Origin: Paludibacteraceae bacterium
GTDB lineage: Bacteria > Bacteroidota > Bacteroidia > Bacteroidales > Paludibacteraceae
Reading direction: 5' to 3'
Assembly: GCA_024683975.1 (NCBI GenBank)
Contig: JAIKXR010000124.1
Coordinates: forward strand, 1 to 61,767
Length of the DNA: 61,767 nucleotides
In this document: in pieces, positions 19,783 to 30,185 of the stretch
Layout of the letters: each line of letters begins with the position of its first letter
How positions within the stretch are numbered: position 1 is the stretch's first letter
Made by a program: the position numbers and the translations under genes
Notes under the pieces: model-generated
Told to the model about the DNA's origin: nothing
The model's input: only the letters and a program-made list of their open reading frames with translations
Databases searched by the model: none

Positions 19783-21102
19783 ATGAGATTCACATATTCA
19801 TACGCAACAGACATTGAGACGTTGCGTAAATATAAAGAAGAGACAGAGAACGCTCTTCAGACGTTAGTCAAAGGAACAGGTGCCGGCAACGACTTTTTAG
19901 GCTGGCTTGGTCTGCCCAAAGATATACGCAATCAAGTGAGCGGAATCAAAATGACGGCAGAACGTCTTCGCAAAGGCTGTGAAGTGATAGTATGTGTAGG
20001 CATAGGCGGTTCGTACTTGGGTGCGAAGGCGGTAATAGACGCTCTGCAATCATCGTTCGCACAATTAGAAGCCAAAACACCACAGATTGTTTACGCGGGC
20101 AACAATATAGGCGAAGACTATTTATATGAACTGCAAGAGATGCTTCGCCATAAAAAGTTCGGTATCATATGCATCTCCAAATCCGGCACAACGACCGAAC
20201 CGGCATTGGCTTTCAGGCTGCTCAAGCAACAGTTGGAAAATCAGGCGGGCAAAGAGGCTGCGCGTGAACGAATAGTCTGCATAACCGATGCGAAGAGAGG
20301 TGCTTTGCGCACGCTGGCAACCAATGAAGGCTACGATACTTATGTAATCGAAGACAATATAGGCGGCAGATTTTCCGTGCTGAGTCCTGTTGGTCTGTTG
20401 CCAATAGCATGCGCCGGAATGGATATAGACGCTTTGCTGGACGGAGCAGAAAAGATGATGGACACTTGCACCACTGCAGACTTTGAAAATAACCCCGCCC
20501 TACTCTATGCGGCTGCAAGAAACAGTCTCTATCGCAAAGGGAAGAAGATTGAACTATTGGTCAATTTCCACCCCAAGTTACACTATTTGAGCGAATGGTG
20601 GAAACAACTATACGGCGAGAGCGAAGGCAAAGAGAACAAAGGTATTTTCCCTGCATCAGCAGACTTTACGACCGACCTTCACTCGATGGGACAATACGTG
20701 CAGGAAGGAGAGAGACTTCTGTTTGAGACGGTTATATCGGTAGAAAAACCTAACAACAAAGTAGTTGTGCCTACTGACGCGGCTAACTTGGACGGTCTGA
20801 ATTTCCTCGCCGGCAAACGTGTGGACGAAGTGAACAAAATGGCAGAATTAGGCACACGCTTGGCCCACATAGACGGCGGAGTACCCAATCTGCTAATAGA
20901 GATACCTCAGCTGAACGAAGAGGCTATCGGTAAGCTGATTACGTTCTTTGAGACCGCTTGCGGTGTGTCAGGCTATATGTTAGGTGTCAATCCGTTCAAC
21001 CAGCCGGGCGTGGAAGCCTACAAGAAGAATATGTTCGCTCTGCTGCATAAACCCGGCTACGAGAAAGAAACGGCTGCAATAAAGGAACGCATATCTAAAT
21101 AA
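19783..21102 (+). CDS. pgi: Glucose-6-phosphate isomerase
   Basis: [24 protein letters not shown] and [12 protein letters not shown] are PGI signatures. Confidence 0.9.
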   Translation: MRFTYSYATDIETLRKYKEETENALQTLVKGTGAGNDFLGWLGLPKDIRNQVSGIKMTAERLRKGCEVIVCVGIGGSYLGAKAVIDALQSSFAQLEAKTPQIVYAGNNIGEDYLYELQEMLRHKKFGIICISKSGTTTEPALAFRLLKQQLENQAGKEAARERIVCITDAKRGALRTLATNEGYDTYVIEDNIGGRFSVLSPVGLLPIACAGMDIDALLDGAEKMMDTCTTADFENNPALLYAAARNSLYRKGKKIELLVNFHPKLHYLSEWWKQLYGESEGKENKGIFPASADFTTDLHSMGQYVQEGERLLFETVISVEKPNNKVVVPTDAANLDGLNFLAGKRVDEVNKMAELGTRLAHIDGGVPNLLIEIPQLNEEAIGKLITFFETACGVSGYMLGVNPFNQPGVEAYKKNMFALLHKPGYEKETAAIKERISK

Positions 21103-21105
21103 TAG

Positions 21106-21855
21106 TTGATTGTGAATCAGTTATTATCAAACAAAGTTGGCATTGTCACCGGGGCCGCACGCGGCATAGGCAATGCCACGGCAAGGCTATTCGCCAAAGA
21201 AGGCTGTCGTGTGGCAATGATAGTGAGGAGCATCAATGAGAAGGTGACTGACACTATAGAACAGATAAAAGCAGACGGCGGCGAGGTTCAAGCATACGTA
21301 TGTGATGCGTCATCATACGAGCAGGTTCATACAATTACAGAGCAGGTAATGAAAGACTTCGGGCGGATAGACATACTTGTCAATAACGCCGGAATAACAA
21401 AAGACAATCTGCTACTTCGCATGACAGAGGAACAATGGGACAATGTGATTAATGTTAACTTGAAATCCGCATTTAACTTTATCCACGCTGTTTCGCCTCA
21501 CATGATGCGGCAAAAAAGCGGTTCGATAATATCAATGTCTTCAGTAGTAGGCATTTACGGCAATGCCGGTCAGGCCAATTATGCAGCATCCAAAGCAGGT
21601 ATGATAGCCCTGACAGAAACAACGGCCAAAGAGTTTGGCAGTCGCGGTATCAGAGCCAATGCCATTGCCCCCGGTTTTATACTGACCGACATGACGGCTA
21701 ATCTTCCTCAAAACACAATAGATGAGTTTGTAAAGCGTATTCCGATGCATCGTGGCGGTCTGCCGGAAGAGGTGGCTAATGTGGCTCTGTTCCTTGCGAG
21801 CGATCTGTCATCATACGTGAGCGGACAAACGATACAAGTGACGGGAGCGATGTAG
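21106..21855 (+). CDS. fabG: 3-oxoacyl-ACP reductase (SDR family)
   Basis: VTGAARGIGNA, NNAGITKDNLLLRMTEEQW and the YAASKAG catalytic motif. It starts with TTG or GTG. Confidence 0.8.
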   Translation: MIVNQLLSNKVGIVTGAARGIGNATARLFAKEGCRVAMIVRSINEKVTDTIEQIKADGGEVQAYVCDASSYEQVHTITEQVMKDFGRIDILVNNAGITKDNLLLRMTEEQWDNVINVNLKSAFNFIHAVSPHMMRQKSGSIISMSSVVGIYGNAGQANYAASKAGMIALTETTAKEFGSRGIRANAIAPGFILTDMTANLPQNTIDEFVKRIPMHRGGLPEEVANVALFLASDLSSYVSGQTIQVTGAM

Positions 21856-21905
21856 ATAATTGATAATTGAAAATTGATAATTGATAATTATTAAATCGTT
21901 TGATT

Positions 21906-23267
21906 ATGAAGAATATGAAACTGCGTCTTATCGTGATGAACTTCCTTGAATTTGCTGTTTGGGGTGCATATCTGACGAGTATGGGACGCTACTTGGGCAG
22001 TATCGGTTTCGGCAGCAATATCGGCTGGTTCTACTCCATTCAAGGCATAGTCAGTTTGTTTATGCCCGCGATGATGGGTATCGTTGCGGACCGTTGGATA
22101 CCCGCTCAGAAACTGCTGTCACTATGTCATGCATTGGCGGGTGCATTTATGATTTCCGCGGGAGTGTATGGCTGGACGGCCGGTGCAAATGTTCAATTCG
22201 CGTCACTTTTCACGCTTTACACACTTTCAGTTGCGTTTTTTATGCCGACCATAGCATTGTCCAATTCGGTGGCTTTCAATGCATTGATTAAGGCGAAGTT
22301 AGACACCGTGAAAGATTTTCCGCCCATTCGGGTGTTCGGTACTGTCGGATTCATAGTGACGATGTGGATAGTTGATTTGGCAGGTGCGATGGACTCATAT
22401 CGCCAGTTTCTTATCAGCGGCGGTTTGAGCATTGTTCTTGCCGTATATTCGCTGTCCCTGCCCGAATGTGAGATTAACAAAGGAACGGGAAAACAATCGA
22501 TAGCAGAAGCGTTGGGTCTAAAAGCCTTTGCATTGTTCGGGCAGAAAAAGATGGCATTGTTTTTCATTTTCTCTATGCTATTGGGTATGTGCCTTCAGGT
22601 GACGAACGGGTATGCCAATCCTTTTCTCGGCAGTTTCGAATATTTCAGCCAGTGGTCTGACACGTTCGGCGTAAAACACTCGGGCATACTCATTTCCATC
22701 TCGCAGATATCGGAAGCCCTCTGCATACTGACCATTCCCTTCTTCCTCAAGCGATTTGGGATAAAGAATGTCATGTTTATGTCAATGATAGCGTGGGTAC
22801 TCCGTTTCGGTTTGTTTGGCGCGGGCAATCCGGGTTTTCCCGGAGTGGTACTCTTTGTGTTGAGTTGCATTGTATATGGTTTTGCGTTTGACTTTTTCAA
22901 TATTTCTGGCGCATTGTATGTTGACCAAGAGACGGACCCGAAGTTGCGTTCATCTGCGCAAGGTATGTTTATGATGATGACCAACGGACTGGGGGCTACA
23001 ATAGGTACACTTGCCGCACAAGCGATTGTAAATAAATTTGTTCCATCCATTGACAAGAGCAATGAGGCTACATTGGGCATTATCCGCAATTCAGATGGAG
23101 TTATTGACTGGCATGCCATTTCTTCGACCGATCTTTTGCAAATACAAGAGAAGGTCACTCAGATGTGGTCAGGTTGGCAGGAAGCATGGTATATTTTTGC
23201 CGCCTTCGCTTTGGTGGTAGCGGTATTGTTCTGGGTAAGTTTCCCTAAAACAGAAGTCAAGGATTGA
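21906..23267 (+). CDS. Nucleoside:H+ symporter-family MFS permease
   Basis: 12-TM protein. MKLRLIVMNFLEFAVWGAYLTSMG resembles NupG/XapB-type permeases, judged from memory. Confidence 0.7.
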   Translation: MKNMKLRLIVMNFLEFAVWGAYLTSMGRYLGSIGFGSNIGWFYSIQGIVSLFMPAMMGIVADRWIPAQKLLSLCHALAGAFMISAGVYGWTAGANVQFASLFTLYTLSVAFFMPTIALSNSVAFNALIKAKLDTVKDFPPIRVFGTVGFIVTMWIVDLAGAMDSYRQFLISGGLSIVLAVYSLSLPECEINKGTGKQSIAEALGLKAFALFGQKKMALFFIFSMLLGMCLQVTNGYANPFLGSFEYFSQWSDTFGVKHSGILISISQISEALCILTIPFFLKRFGIKNVMFMSMIAWVLRFGLFGAGNPGFPGVVLFVLSCIVYGFAFDFFNISGALYVDQETDPKLRSSAQGMFMMMTNGLGATIGTLAAQAIVNKFVPSIDKSNEATLGIIRNSDGVIDWHAISSTDLLQIQEKVTQMWSGWQEAWYIFAAFALVVAVLFWVSFPKTEVKD

Positions 23268-24190
23268 GTCGTATTGCTACCATAGGGATGTTCGACGGAG
23301 TGCATCGAGGTCATCAGTTCCTGCTCCGTGAACTCACGACCAAGGCACGTGAATGCGGTCTTAAGAGTATGGTTGTCACCTTCTTTAACCACCCTCGCAA
23401 TACATTGTCAGGACAGTCTGAACAGTTGTTGACCACCCGCGAAGAGAGGAAAGCACTATTGGAGTCGTGCGGTGTGGACAAAGTGGTGATGCTGGAATTT
23501 GCCGACATACACAGACAGACGGCATGTGAGTTTATGCGTTTCCTCAATGAACGATACGATGTGGAAGTTTTAATGATGGGTTATGACCACCGTTTTGGAT
23601 GCGATTGTCTGACATCATTCGATGATTATGTCAGTGCCGGCAATGCCGCAGGTGTGGAGGTGTTGTTACTGAAAGAAGCGTCTTCCTCCACCTTGCCCGA
23701 TGACAAAGACGATGCAACAGATATGCCACTTCCCATATCGTCATCACTCATTCGCAAAGCATTAAAAAATGGCTGCATAGAAGCCGCGAATAATATGTTA
23801 GGGCGCGAATACTCCCTCTTCGGCAAGGTTGTCCACGGCAAAGGACTGGGTACGCGGTTAGGGTTTCCGACCGCCAACATATCAATTTCAGATCCGGACA
23901 AATTGCTGCCCAAAGAAGGTGTTTATGCGGTTCAGACTGAAGTCAGCGGCATAGTATATAAGGCAGTAATGAACATAGGGACTAATCCGACTGTACAAGA
24001 CAGAGAAGAACCGCGCACTTTTATTGAGGTGCATATTATTGGTTTTGATGGCAATCTATATAATCAGCTGCTGCGAGTAGAGATTCTCCGTCGTTTGCGG
24101 GATGAGCAGCGGTTTGAATCGTTGGAGGCATTGAAACGTCAGATTGAAACGGACATTCATATGGTACAAACGGATACAGCCGTTGAGTAA
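23264..24190 (+). CDS. ribF: Bifunctional riboflavin kinase / FMN adenylyltransferase
   Basis: IGMFDGVHRGHQFL, then GKVVHGKGLGTRLGFPTANI and a RIEILRRLRDEQRF tail. The TTG start overlaps the upstream stop. Confidence 0.88.
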   Translation: MSRIATIGMFDGVHRGHQFLLRELTTKARECGLKSMVVTFFNHPRNTLSGQSEQLLTTREERKALLESCGVDKVVMLEFADIHRQTACEFMRFLNERYDVEVLMMGYDHRFGCDCLTSFDDYVSAGNAAGVEVLLLKEASSSTLPDDKDDATDMPLPISSSLIRKALKNGCIEAANNMLGREYSLFGKVVHGKGLGTRLGFPTANISISDPDKLLPKEGVYAVQTEVSGIVYKAVMNIGTNPTVQDREEPRTFIEVHIIGFDGNLYNQLLRVEILRRLRDEQRFESLEALKRQIETDIHMVQTDTAVE

Positions 24191-24237
24191 TTTTTCTGCG
24201 ACTTTATCATACACACTTTTTGTCGGACACAAAAACA

Positions 24238-24281
24238 ACAAGCGACCTGTGCCACGTTATATGAGGCGCAGGTCGCTTGTA
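24238..24281 (-). terminator. Hairpin terminator downstream of the trpB2-like gene (between convergent genes)
   Basis: ACAAGCGACCTG ... CAGGTCGCTTGT is a 12-bp stem. On the minus strand it is followed by TGTTTTTGT. Confidence 0.6.
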
Positions 24282-24324
24282 AAAAGAGGCATCTTGAGAA
24301 ACAGTGTCTTAATCAGCCCCTTAG

Positions 24325-25698
24325 TTAATCCATTTTCGGAAGTTTGGCGAGTGAAAGAGCGAGTTCCTCGTCTGTCGGGATATAGTCTGTCATTCTGCCA
24401 TCGTTGTACTCCTCGTAGGCTTTGAGGTCGAAATATCCTGTGCCAGTCAGTCCGAAGAGTATTGTTTTCTCTTCCCCTGTTTCCTTACAGCGGATTGCCT
24501 CGTCAAGAGCCACCCTGATGGCGTGACTGCTTTCTGGAGCCGGCAGGATGCCTTCCACGCGGGCGAAATACTCGGCTGCTTCAAAGACCGATGTCTGTTC
24601 CACGCTGCGCGCCTCCAACAATCCTTGGTGGTAAAGTTCGGAGAGGACGGGACTCATTCCATGGTAACGCAGTCCTCCGGCGTGGTTTGGCGAAGGAATG
24701 AAATCTGCACCGAGAGTGTACATTTTAGCTAACGGACAAATCATACCCGTGTCGCAAAAGTCGTATGCATACTTTCCGCGTGTCAGGGAGGGACAGGATG
24801 CCGGTTCAACGGCAATGATACGGTAGTCGGCTTCACCGCGCAGTTTCTCTCCCATAAATGGAGCAATCAGTCCTCCGAGATTAGAGCCTCCGCCCGCACA
24901 GCCGATGATGATGTCGGGATGAATACCATATTTGTCCATAGCGGTTTTAGTTTCAAGTCCGATGACGGACTGGTGGAGCAACACCTGATTAAGCACACTG
25001 CCCAGTACATATCGGTAGCCTTCGTGGGTGACAGCATATTCGACAGCTTCGGAGATGGCGCAGCCGAGACTGCCAGTAGTGTCGGGATGAGCTCCGAGAA
25101 TACGGCGACCTACTTCAGTAGTGTCAGACGGCGATGGTGTAACAGAAGCCCCATAGGTGCGCATCACTTCGCGCCGGAAAGGTTTCTGATGGAACGAGCC
25201 TTTGACCATATAGACTTTGAGATCCATACCGAGATAAGCACATGCCATTGAGAGAGCCGTACCCCATTGTCCGGCACCCGTTTCGGTGGTCAGACCTTTA
25301 AGTCCCTGGTGTTTGGCATAATAAGCCTGTGCAATAGCGGAATTGAGTTTATGGCTACCACTGGTGTTGTTGCCTTCAAACTTATAATATATATGTGCCG
25401 GCGTTTGCATTTTGCGTTCAAGTTCGTAAGCACGAACAAGCGGTGAAGGGCGGTACATCTTGTAGAAACTGCGTATCTCGTCAGGAATAGCGATGAGAGG
25501 AGTGTCATTGTCAAGTTCCTGTTTGACGAGTTCGGTACAGAAGACGTGTTCCAACTCTTGTGCTGTCATCGGCTGACGGGTAGCGGGATTGAGCAGCGGA
25601 GCGGGTTTTTGTTTCATGTCGGCACGTACGTTGTAATAATGGGTCGGCATTTCTTGTTCTTCAAGATAAATCTTGTAAGGGATTGTTTGTTTTTTCAT
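24325..25698 (-). CDS. trpB: TrpB-like PLP-dependent enzyme (tryptophan synthase beta, TrpB2 type)
   Basis: 457 aa with the HKLNS PLP-lysine region (GSHKLNSAIAQAYYAK), GAGQWGTALS and GCAGGGSNLGG motifs. It stands alone, with no trpA nearby. Confidence 0.85.
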   Translation of the reverse strand: MKKQTIPYKIYLEEQEMPTHYYNVRADMKQKPAPLLNPATRQPMTAQELEHVFCTELVKQELDNDTPLIAIPDEIRSFYKMYRPSPLVRAYELERKMQTPAHIYYKFEGNNTSGSHKLNSAIAQAYYAKHQGLKGLTTETGAGQWGTALSMACAYLGMDLKVYMVKGSFHQKPFRREVMRTYGASVTPSPSDTTEVGRRILGAHPDTTGSLGCAISEAVEYAVTHEGYRYVLGSVLNQVLLHQSVIGLETKTAMDKYGIHPDIIIGCAGGGSNLGGLIAPFMGEKLRGEADYRIIAVEPASCPSLTRGKYAYDFCDTGMICPLAKMYTLGADFIPSPNHAGGLRYHGMSPVLSELYHQGLLEARSVEQTSVFEAAEYFARVEGILPAPESSHAIRVALDEAIRCKETGEEKTILFGLTGTGYFDLKAYEEYNDGRMTDYIPTDEELALSLAKLPKMD

Positions 25699-25792
25699 AG
25701 TGATTTTGAATTTATTGGTTTATTATTTTAGGTGTTTAGACGTTGTTTGGATTCTTATTAGTTTATTCTTTGTTGTCCGTTTTGATAAAAAT

Positions 25793-25820
25793 CAGCCGTA
25801 GGAGGGTTTCCTACGGCTGG
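25793..25820 (-). terminator. Attenuator terminator in the trpB2 leader
   Basis: Minus strand reads CAGCCGTAGGA-aaccc-TCCTACGGCTG followed by ATTTTTAT: a perfect 11-bp stem with a U-run. It lies 95 nt upstream of the trpB2 ATG and downstream of the leader ORF. Confidence 0.7.
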
Positions 25821-25871
25821 TATTTGTCTTTTCATAATGTGTGTCAAACGATTTGATTTCGGCAAAATGAC

Positions 25872-25955
25872 TTACATACTCTGACAAACGGCACGCGACC
25901 CTCCTTTTGCTATGGGAGTGCGCCACCACCAGAAATTAGCCATTTGTGCGTTCAT
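25872..25955 (-). CDS. Trp leader peptide (27 aa, MNAQMANFWWWRTPIAKGGSRAVCQSM)
   Basis: ATG at 25955, TAA at 25874-25872. Three consecutive TGG codons lie at 25931-25923. It sits between a TACCTTTG -7 box and the terminator. Confidence 0.65.
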   Translation of the reverse strand: MNAQMANFWWWRTPIAKGGSRAVCQSM

Positions 25956-25984
25956 CGTCTGTTATTTTGTTTGAAAACCGAGCG

Positions 25985-25992
25985 CAAAGGTA
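25985..25992 (-). promoter_or_regulatory. -7 box TACCTTTG for the trpB2 leader transcript
   Basis: The plus strand reads CAAAGGTA, which is the TAnnTTTG consensus on the minus strand, about 30 nt upstream of the leader-peptide ATG. Confidence 0.5.
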
Positions 25993-26051
25993 TAGTGTTT
26001 TTGCGAATGCAACCAAACAAATTGTGTATTTTTTAGTAAAAAGTTTGTAAT

Positions 26052-27002
26052 TCACTGATTTTGAGCAGTAGTTTTGGGCGGCTTATTATACTGGCATATA
26101 AAGAGTCCGATTATGATAAGAACTATACCAAGTAGTTTGCCGAGAGGGAGATGTTCACTAAAAATGAGGAACATAGCGATGGCAGTAAAAGCCGGACGAA
26201 TGTTATTGAATGCGTTGGCACGTGTGATACCTATTCTCCGTACGGTATAGCAGAACAGTATAAACGCCGTAACCGATGAGAATACCGCGAGATAGATGAT
26301 TGACAGTACGGATGAGATAGTGACAGGTTCGATTTTTTTGTCAGTAAAAAGCCACAAAATGGTGAACAGCAGGAGTGAGAAAGCCTGCATATAAAAGACC
26401 AGAGTAAGTGAGTTGTAGTGTTCGGGAATACGTTTGAGGGTGACCGAATAGAGCAGTGCGGCAGATACAGCGAGGAAGGCAGTGAGCAGTCCCCACGGAT
26501 TGCCAAGAGCAAAAGAGTCTGCCCCAAAGAGTACGAGCAACAACATTCCTAAGGTGGAAATGACTATACCGAGTATATTGTTGCGTGTCACTTTTTCACG
26601 CAGAAAAACGATACCAAAAAGGGGAGCAAAGACGGGAGCTGTGGACAGAAGTGCCTCAGAGATAGTGGGAGAAGAGAGAGAGTCGTATGTGAAAGTCTCC
26701 AACAAATAGTACAAAAAAGGTTGAAAAAATCCGCCTAAAAGGAATACCGGAAGGTCTTTGCGGCTGACTTTCTGGAGAGCGAGTCCACTCATTTGTTGCG
26801 ATTGACCGTCAGCTATTCGTTTGCGTGAGATGTTTCTGGCGGCAATACCTATAATGAGCATCAAGAGGACAGCCAACGCAAAGCGAATGACAATCATCGT
26901 CATAGGCGGGAATACGGTCAGTGCTTCTTTGATGGCGATACCCGCTACAGACCAAATGAGCATAGAGGTAACAATAGCGATATATGGCCGCAGGTTTTTC
27001 AT
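26052..27002 (-). CDS. EamA/DMT-family transporter
   Basis: 316 aa with about 10 TM helices and a duplicated EamA-like architecture. It lies 2 nt downstream of rhaD. Confidence 0.72.
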   Translation of the reverse strand: MKNLRPYIAIVTSMLIWSVAGIAIKEALTVFPPMTMIVIRFALAVLLMLIIGIAARNISRKRIADGQSQQMSGLALQKVSRKDLPVFLLGGFFQPFLYYLLETFTYDSLSSPTISEALLSTAPVFAPLFGIVFLREKVTRNNILGIVISTLGMLLLVLFGADSFALGNPWGLLTAFLAVSAALLYSVTLKRIPEHYNSLTLVFYMQAFSLLLFTILWLFTDKKIEPVTISSVLSIIYLAVFSSVTAFILFCYTVRRIGITRANAFNNIRPAFTAIAMFLIFSEHLPLGKLLGIVLIIIGLFICQYNKPPKTTAQNQ

Positions 27003-27004
27003 TA

Positions 27005-27880
27005 TCAGCAGGGGCGACGGGTAGGAAGGTGGAAAACTTGTTGAACTGTCTGCATGGCTTGGGCTGTCATTCCTTCGGGTTGCGATTCGGGGTAAGCGGC
27101 AGTATATGCCAGAGCGTCAAGATAGATGCGGGCAGCCTTATTGAGTACATCGACTTGGTCAAAAGCATCGATTATGTCTTGCCCTACGGCAAAGACTCCG
27201 TGTTTTTCCCAAAGCACGACATCGTAGTCACGGATTTTCTCCAGTGTGGCTTCAGCCAGTTCCTTTGATCCGGGGATTTCGTAAGGGACTATACCCAAAC
27301 CGAGCGGGGCGAACGCAAGTGTTTCAGGAATCATTGACCAAAGAGTACGCGTCAGGCGGTTGGGGCGAGAGTTGTCATCCAGCAGTTCGCGGTGATGGCT
27401 GAGAGCCACCAGTTCAATGGGGTGCGTATGGAGTGTCGCCGTATAACGCGAACCGCTCTGCCGCAGGTAGTTCTGCACCATAAGATGAGACGGCAGTTCG
27501 CTGGTGGGCGGTACCCTTTTCGAAACGTATGTATATTTGGTTCCATCGGGTGAAATCAAAATGATACAGCCGTTCGCCATCGGGTCGCGTGCCATATCGC
27601 GCATCCTTTTCTGTGTCCCCTTGACATAGAAATACTGATCAGCGATGTAAGGCAAGGCAGTACCCATCGGATACCAGTCGCTAAACATCATATATTCATC
27701 CGTATCGTCTGACTGTATGCCATATTTATCCAAAACATATTCAGGAAAAATCGCTTCACCTTCGTCATCAAGGAAGAATCGTGTAACGTTCACAGTGAGG
27801 TTGCCGCCGTTGCGCTCCCCCCACCCTTTTTGCCAAAGGTAGCCGGAAATTTCAGCTATTTGATTGAGCAGTTGTTGCAT
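27005..27880 (-). CDS. rhaD: Rhamnulose-1-phosphate aldolase (class II aldolase)
   Basis: YLWQKGWGERNGGNLTV and LHTHP motifs, in rha cluster context. Confidence 0.85.
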   Translation of the reverse strand: MQQLLNQIAEISGYLWQKGWGERNGGNLTVNVTRFFLDDEGEAIFPEYVLDKYGIQSDDTDEYMMFSDWYPMGTALPYIADQYFYVKGTQKRMRDMARDPMANGCIILISPDGTKYTYVSKRVPPTSELPSHLMVQNYLRQSGSRYTATLHTHPIELVALSHHRELLDDNSRPNRLTRTLWSMIPETLAFAPLGLGIVPYEIPGSKELAEATLEKIRDYDVVLWEKHGVFAVGQDIIDAFDQVDVLNKAARIYLDALAYTAAYPESQPEGMTAQAMQTVQQVFHLPTRRPC

Positions 27881-27883
27881 ACT

Positions 27884-28909
27884 TTAAAGTAGTTGTGGAA
27901 GGAAAGAACTGATAATAAGAATGGTCAGTCCGATGAGTAATATAGCGATAGTGGTTCGTGATGCACCTTTCCACTCGCGAAGGATGATACCCCACACGTT
28001 GGAGAAAGTGACATTAAGAGCCATAAGGATGCAGAATGAGAAAGTGAGGAGTGCCGGACTTTCAGCGAGAAAACCTTTACCGAGGCTCAGTCCGAAGAAC
28101 TGGCTATACCACAACAGCCCTGCCAAGCAACAAAAGAGGAGGTTGTTACCCCACACTTCTTTTTTACCATAGTCACAGAAAGAATGATTCATATAGTTCT
28201 GACAGAGACAATAAACAGCATTAGTGATGAATCCGCCGAGCGTGACAAGAAAAGTAGCGGGAAGGGATTCAAAAAGAGGCGATGTCTGCGAAAAATGGAT
28301 GTCTTGTCCGAAAGTAAGTCCTACATTGAAACAACCCGACATACAGCCTGCGAGCAGTGCTATGAGTATGCCTTTGGGAAAATTGAATTCAGTGACGGCT
28401 GACTGTTGCGCCTTTGTCTCACGTGATTTTCTGCCTCCTGCAATACCAATGACGGTTATGCCCAACAGAGTAATCCCGACTCCCCAGAGGACACTTGCTG
28501 TAAGCGAGGCAATAGCGTTCATCTCAGGGAAGAAAATCTGTAGCAACATCGGTCCGAGTACGGTACCGAGAGCGGCACATGTACCAAGTGAGATGCTTTG
28601 TCCCAAGGCAACACCGAGGTAACGCATAGAGAGTCCGAAAGTAAGTCCTCCTACCCCCCACAGGACACCAAAAAGGACAGTCATCCACAGGTGGAAAGAG
28701 TCGGCAGAGGCGAAGAGAGCGAACAGCGATCCGCCTTGCGGAACGGCAAGCAACGCCCCTAGGAGAGGGAACAGTAGCCATGCAAATATACCCTGTACTA
28801 ACCAATAACTCTCCCACGACCACGACTTGATGCGGTTGATGGGGACATACGACGAGGACTGACAGAACGCACCTATGGCGATAATAAGAAGTCCTATAAG
28901 TATTTTCAT
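27884..28909 (-). CDS. rhaT: L-rhamnose/H+ symporter
   Basis: 341 aa with 10 TM helices. The N-terminus GAFCQSSSYVPINRIKSWSWESYWLVQG is typical of RhaT. Confidence 0.85.
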   Translation of the reverse strand: MKILIGLLIIAIGAFCQSSSYVPINRIKSWSWESYWLVQGIFAWLLFPLLGALLAVPQGGSLFALFASADSFHLWMTVLFGVLWGVGGLTFGLSMRYLGVALGQSISLGTCAALGTVLGPMLLQIFFPEMNAIASLTASVLWGVGITLLGITVIGIAGGRKSRETKAQQSAVTEFNFPKGILIALLAGCMSGCFNVGLTFGQDIHFSQTSPLFESLPATFLVTLGGFITNAVYCLCQNYMNHSFCDYGKKEVWGNNLLFCCLAGLLWYSQFFGLSLGKGFLAESPALLTFSFCILMALNVTFSNVWGIILREWKGASRTTIAILLIGLTILIISSFLPQLL

Positions 28910-28913
28910 AAAG

Positions 28914-30173
28914 TTAACCGCGTTTGGAGGTGATATTGCGTTCGTATTGTTCTATCTCGGGTATGATATCAAGTCCTACAGGCACATTTTCCCGAACGCA
29001 GAACTCGTCATAGACAGCCGCCCAAGGGAGAGATTTTTGCTCTTCTATATATGCAAGTTTTTGGAAGCCTTGTCCGGCAAGTTCATATTGATTGATTGTC
29101 TTAACAGGTTCAAGCAGTGCCCGCGTCATACAACGTTGTGCCGCACGTGAGCCTATAACGTATGCACCTATGCGGTTGATACTGCCGTCAAAATAGTCCA
29201 GTCCGTAATGCACACGGTCAAGAGCGTTAGCGCGGACTATCTCTTGGAAAAGTTCGAGTGTCTGGTCATCCATAAGCGTTACGTGGTCGCTGTCCCAACG
29301 AACAGGGCGCGAAACGTGGAGCATAAGTTCGGGGACGAAGAGAAGCATAGACGACACCTTGTCGGCAACGCTCTCAGTTGGATGGAAATGACCTGTATCA
29401 AGAGTAATCATAATATTATGCCGCGAGGCATAGGCAGTATAGAAATCGTTGCTACCGACGGTCATTGTCTCGAGTCCGATGCCGAAGAGTTTACTTTCAA
29501 CGGATGTTTTCTCCCACTTGTACTGTTTGGCGAGTATCTGGTCGAGCGAATCCTTGAGCAGTGAACGATAGAGATAGCGATTGGCGGTAAAGTCTTTGCT
29601 GCCATCATGAATCCAGATGTTGATGCAGCAGGGGTCTTGCTGGAACTTACCTATCTCGTTGGCTATTTCGCGGCAGCGGCTTGTATGTTCAATCCAGAAT
29701 GAGCGTATTCTTTCGTCAGGGTTTGCAAGCGTGAGACTGCCTGACTTGGGATGGGAGAAAGAAGTGGAGTTGAAATCAAGTTTGGTATTGTTCTCCATAG
29801 CCCATTGCATCCAGCCTCGGAAGAGGTCGATGGTACACTCGTTGCGGTCAATGAACTGTCCTTTGAACTCGCCGTAGATTTCGTGCAGGTTAAGACGGTG
29901 TGTACCGGGAATGAGAGACTTGGCTTTTAGAATGTCCTGCCGCAGTTCGTCAATGTTTCGTGCTTTGCCCGGATAGTTACCGGTAGATTGGATACCTCCG
30001 GAGAGTGCGTTTTGCGCAGGTTCGAAACCTGTCACATCGTCTGCCTGCCAGCAGTGCATAGAGAGGTGGAAGTTGCGCAGTGTATTGATTACTTGCTCAG
30101 TATCGATGCCAAGTTCGGCATAACGCTCCTTGGCAATAGCATAGGCAGCGTGTGTGGTGATTTCGCGTATCAT
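28914..30173 (-). CDS. rhaA: L-rhamnose isomerase
   Basis: 419 aa with FHLSMHCWQADDVTGFE and DTGHFHPTE metal-site motifs. Confidence 0.9.
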   Translation of the reverse strand: MIREITTHAAYAIAKERYAELGIDTEQVINTLRNFHLSMHCWQADDVTGFEPAQNALSGGIQSTGNYPGKARNIDELRQDILKAKSLIPGTHRLNLHEIYGEFKGQFIDRNECTIDLFRGWMQWAMENNTKLDFNSTSFSHPKSGSLTLANPDERIRSFWIEHTSRCREIANEIGKFQQDPCCINIWIHDGSKDFTANRYLYRSLLKDSLDQILAKQYKWEKTSVESKLFGIGLETMTVGSNDFYTAYASRHNIMITLDTGHFHPTESVADKVSSMLLFVPELMLHVSRPVRWDSDHVTLMDDQTLELFQEIVRANALDRVHYGLDYFDGSINRIGAYVIGSRAAQRCMTRALLEPVKTINQYELAGQGFQKLAYIEEQKSLPWAAVYDEFCVRENVPVGLDIIPEIEQYERNITSKRG

Positions 30174-30185
30174 AGTTATGATGAT

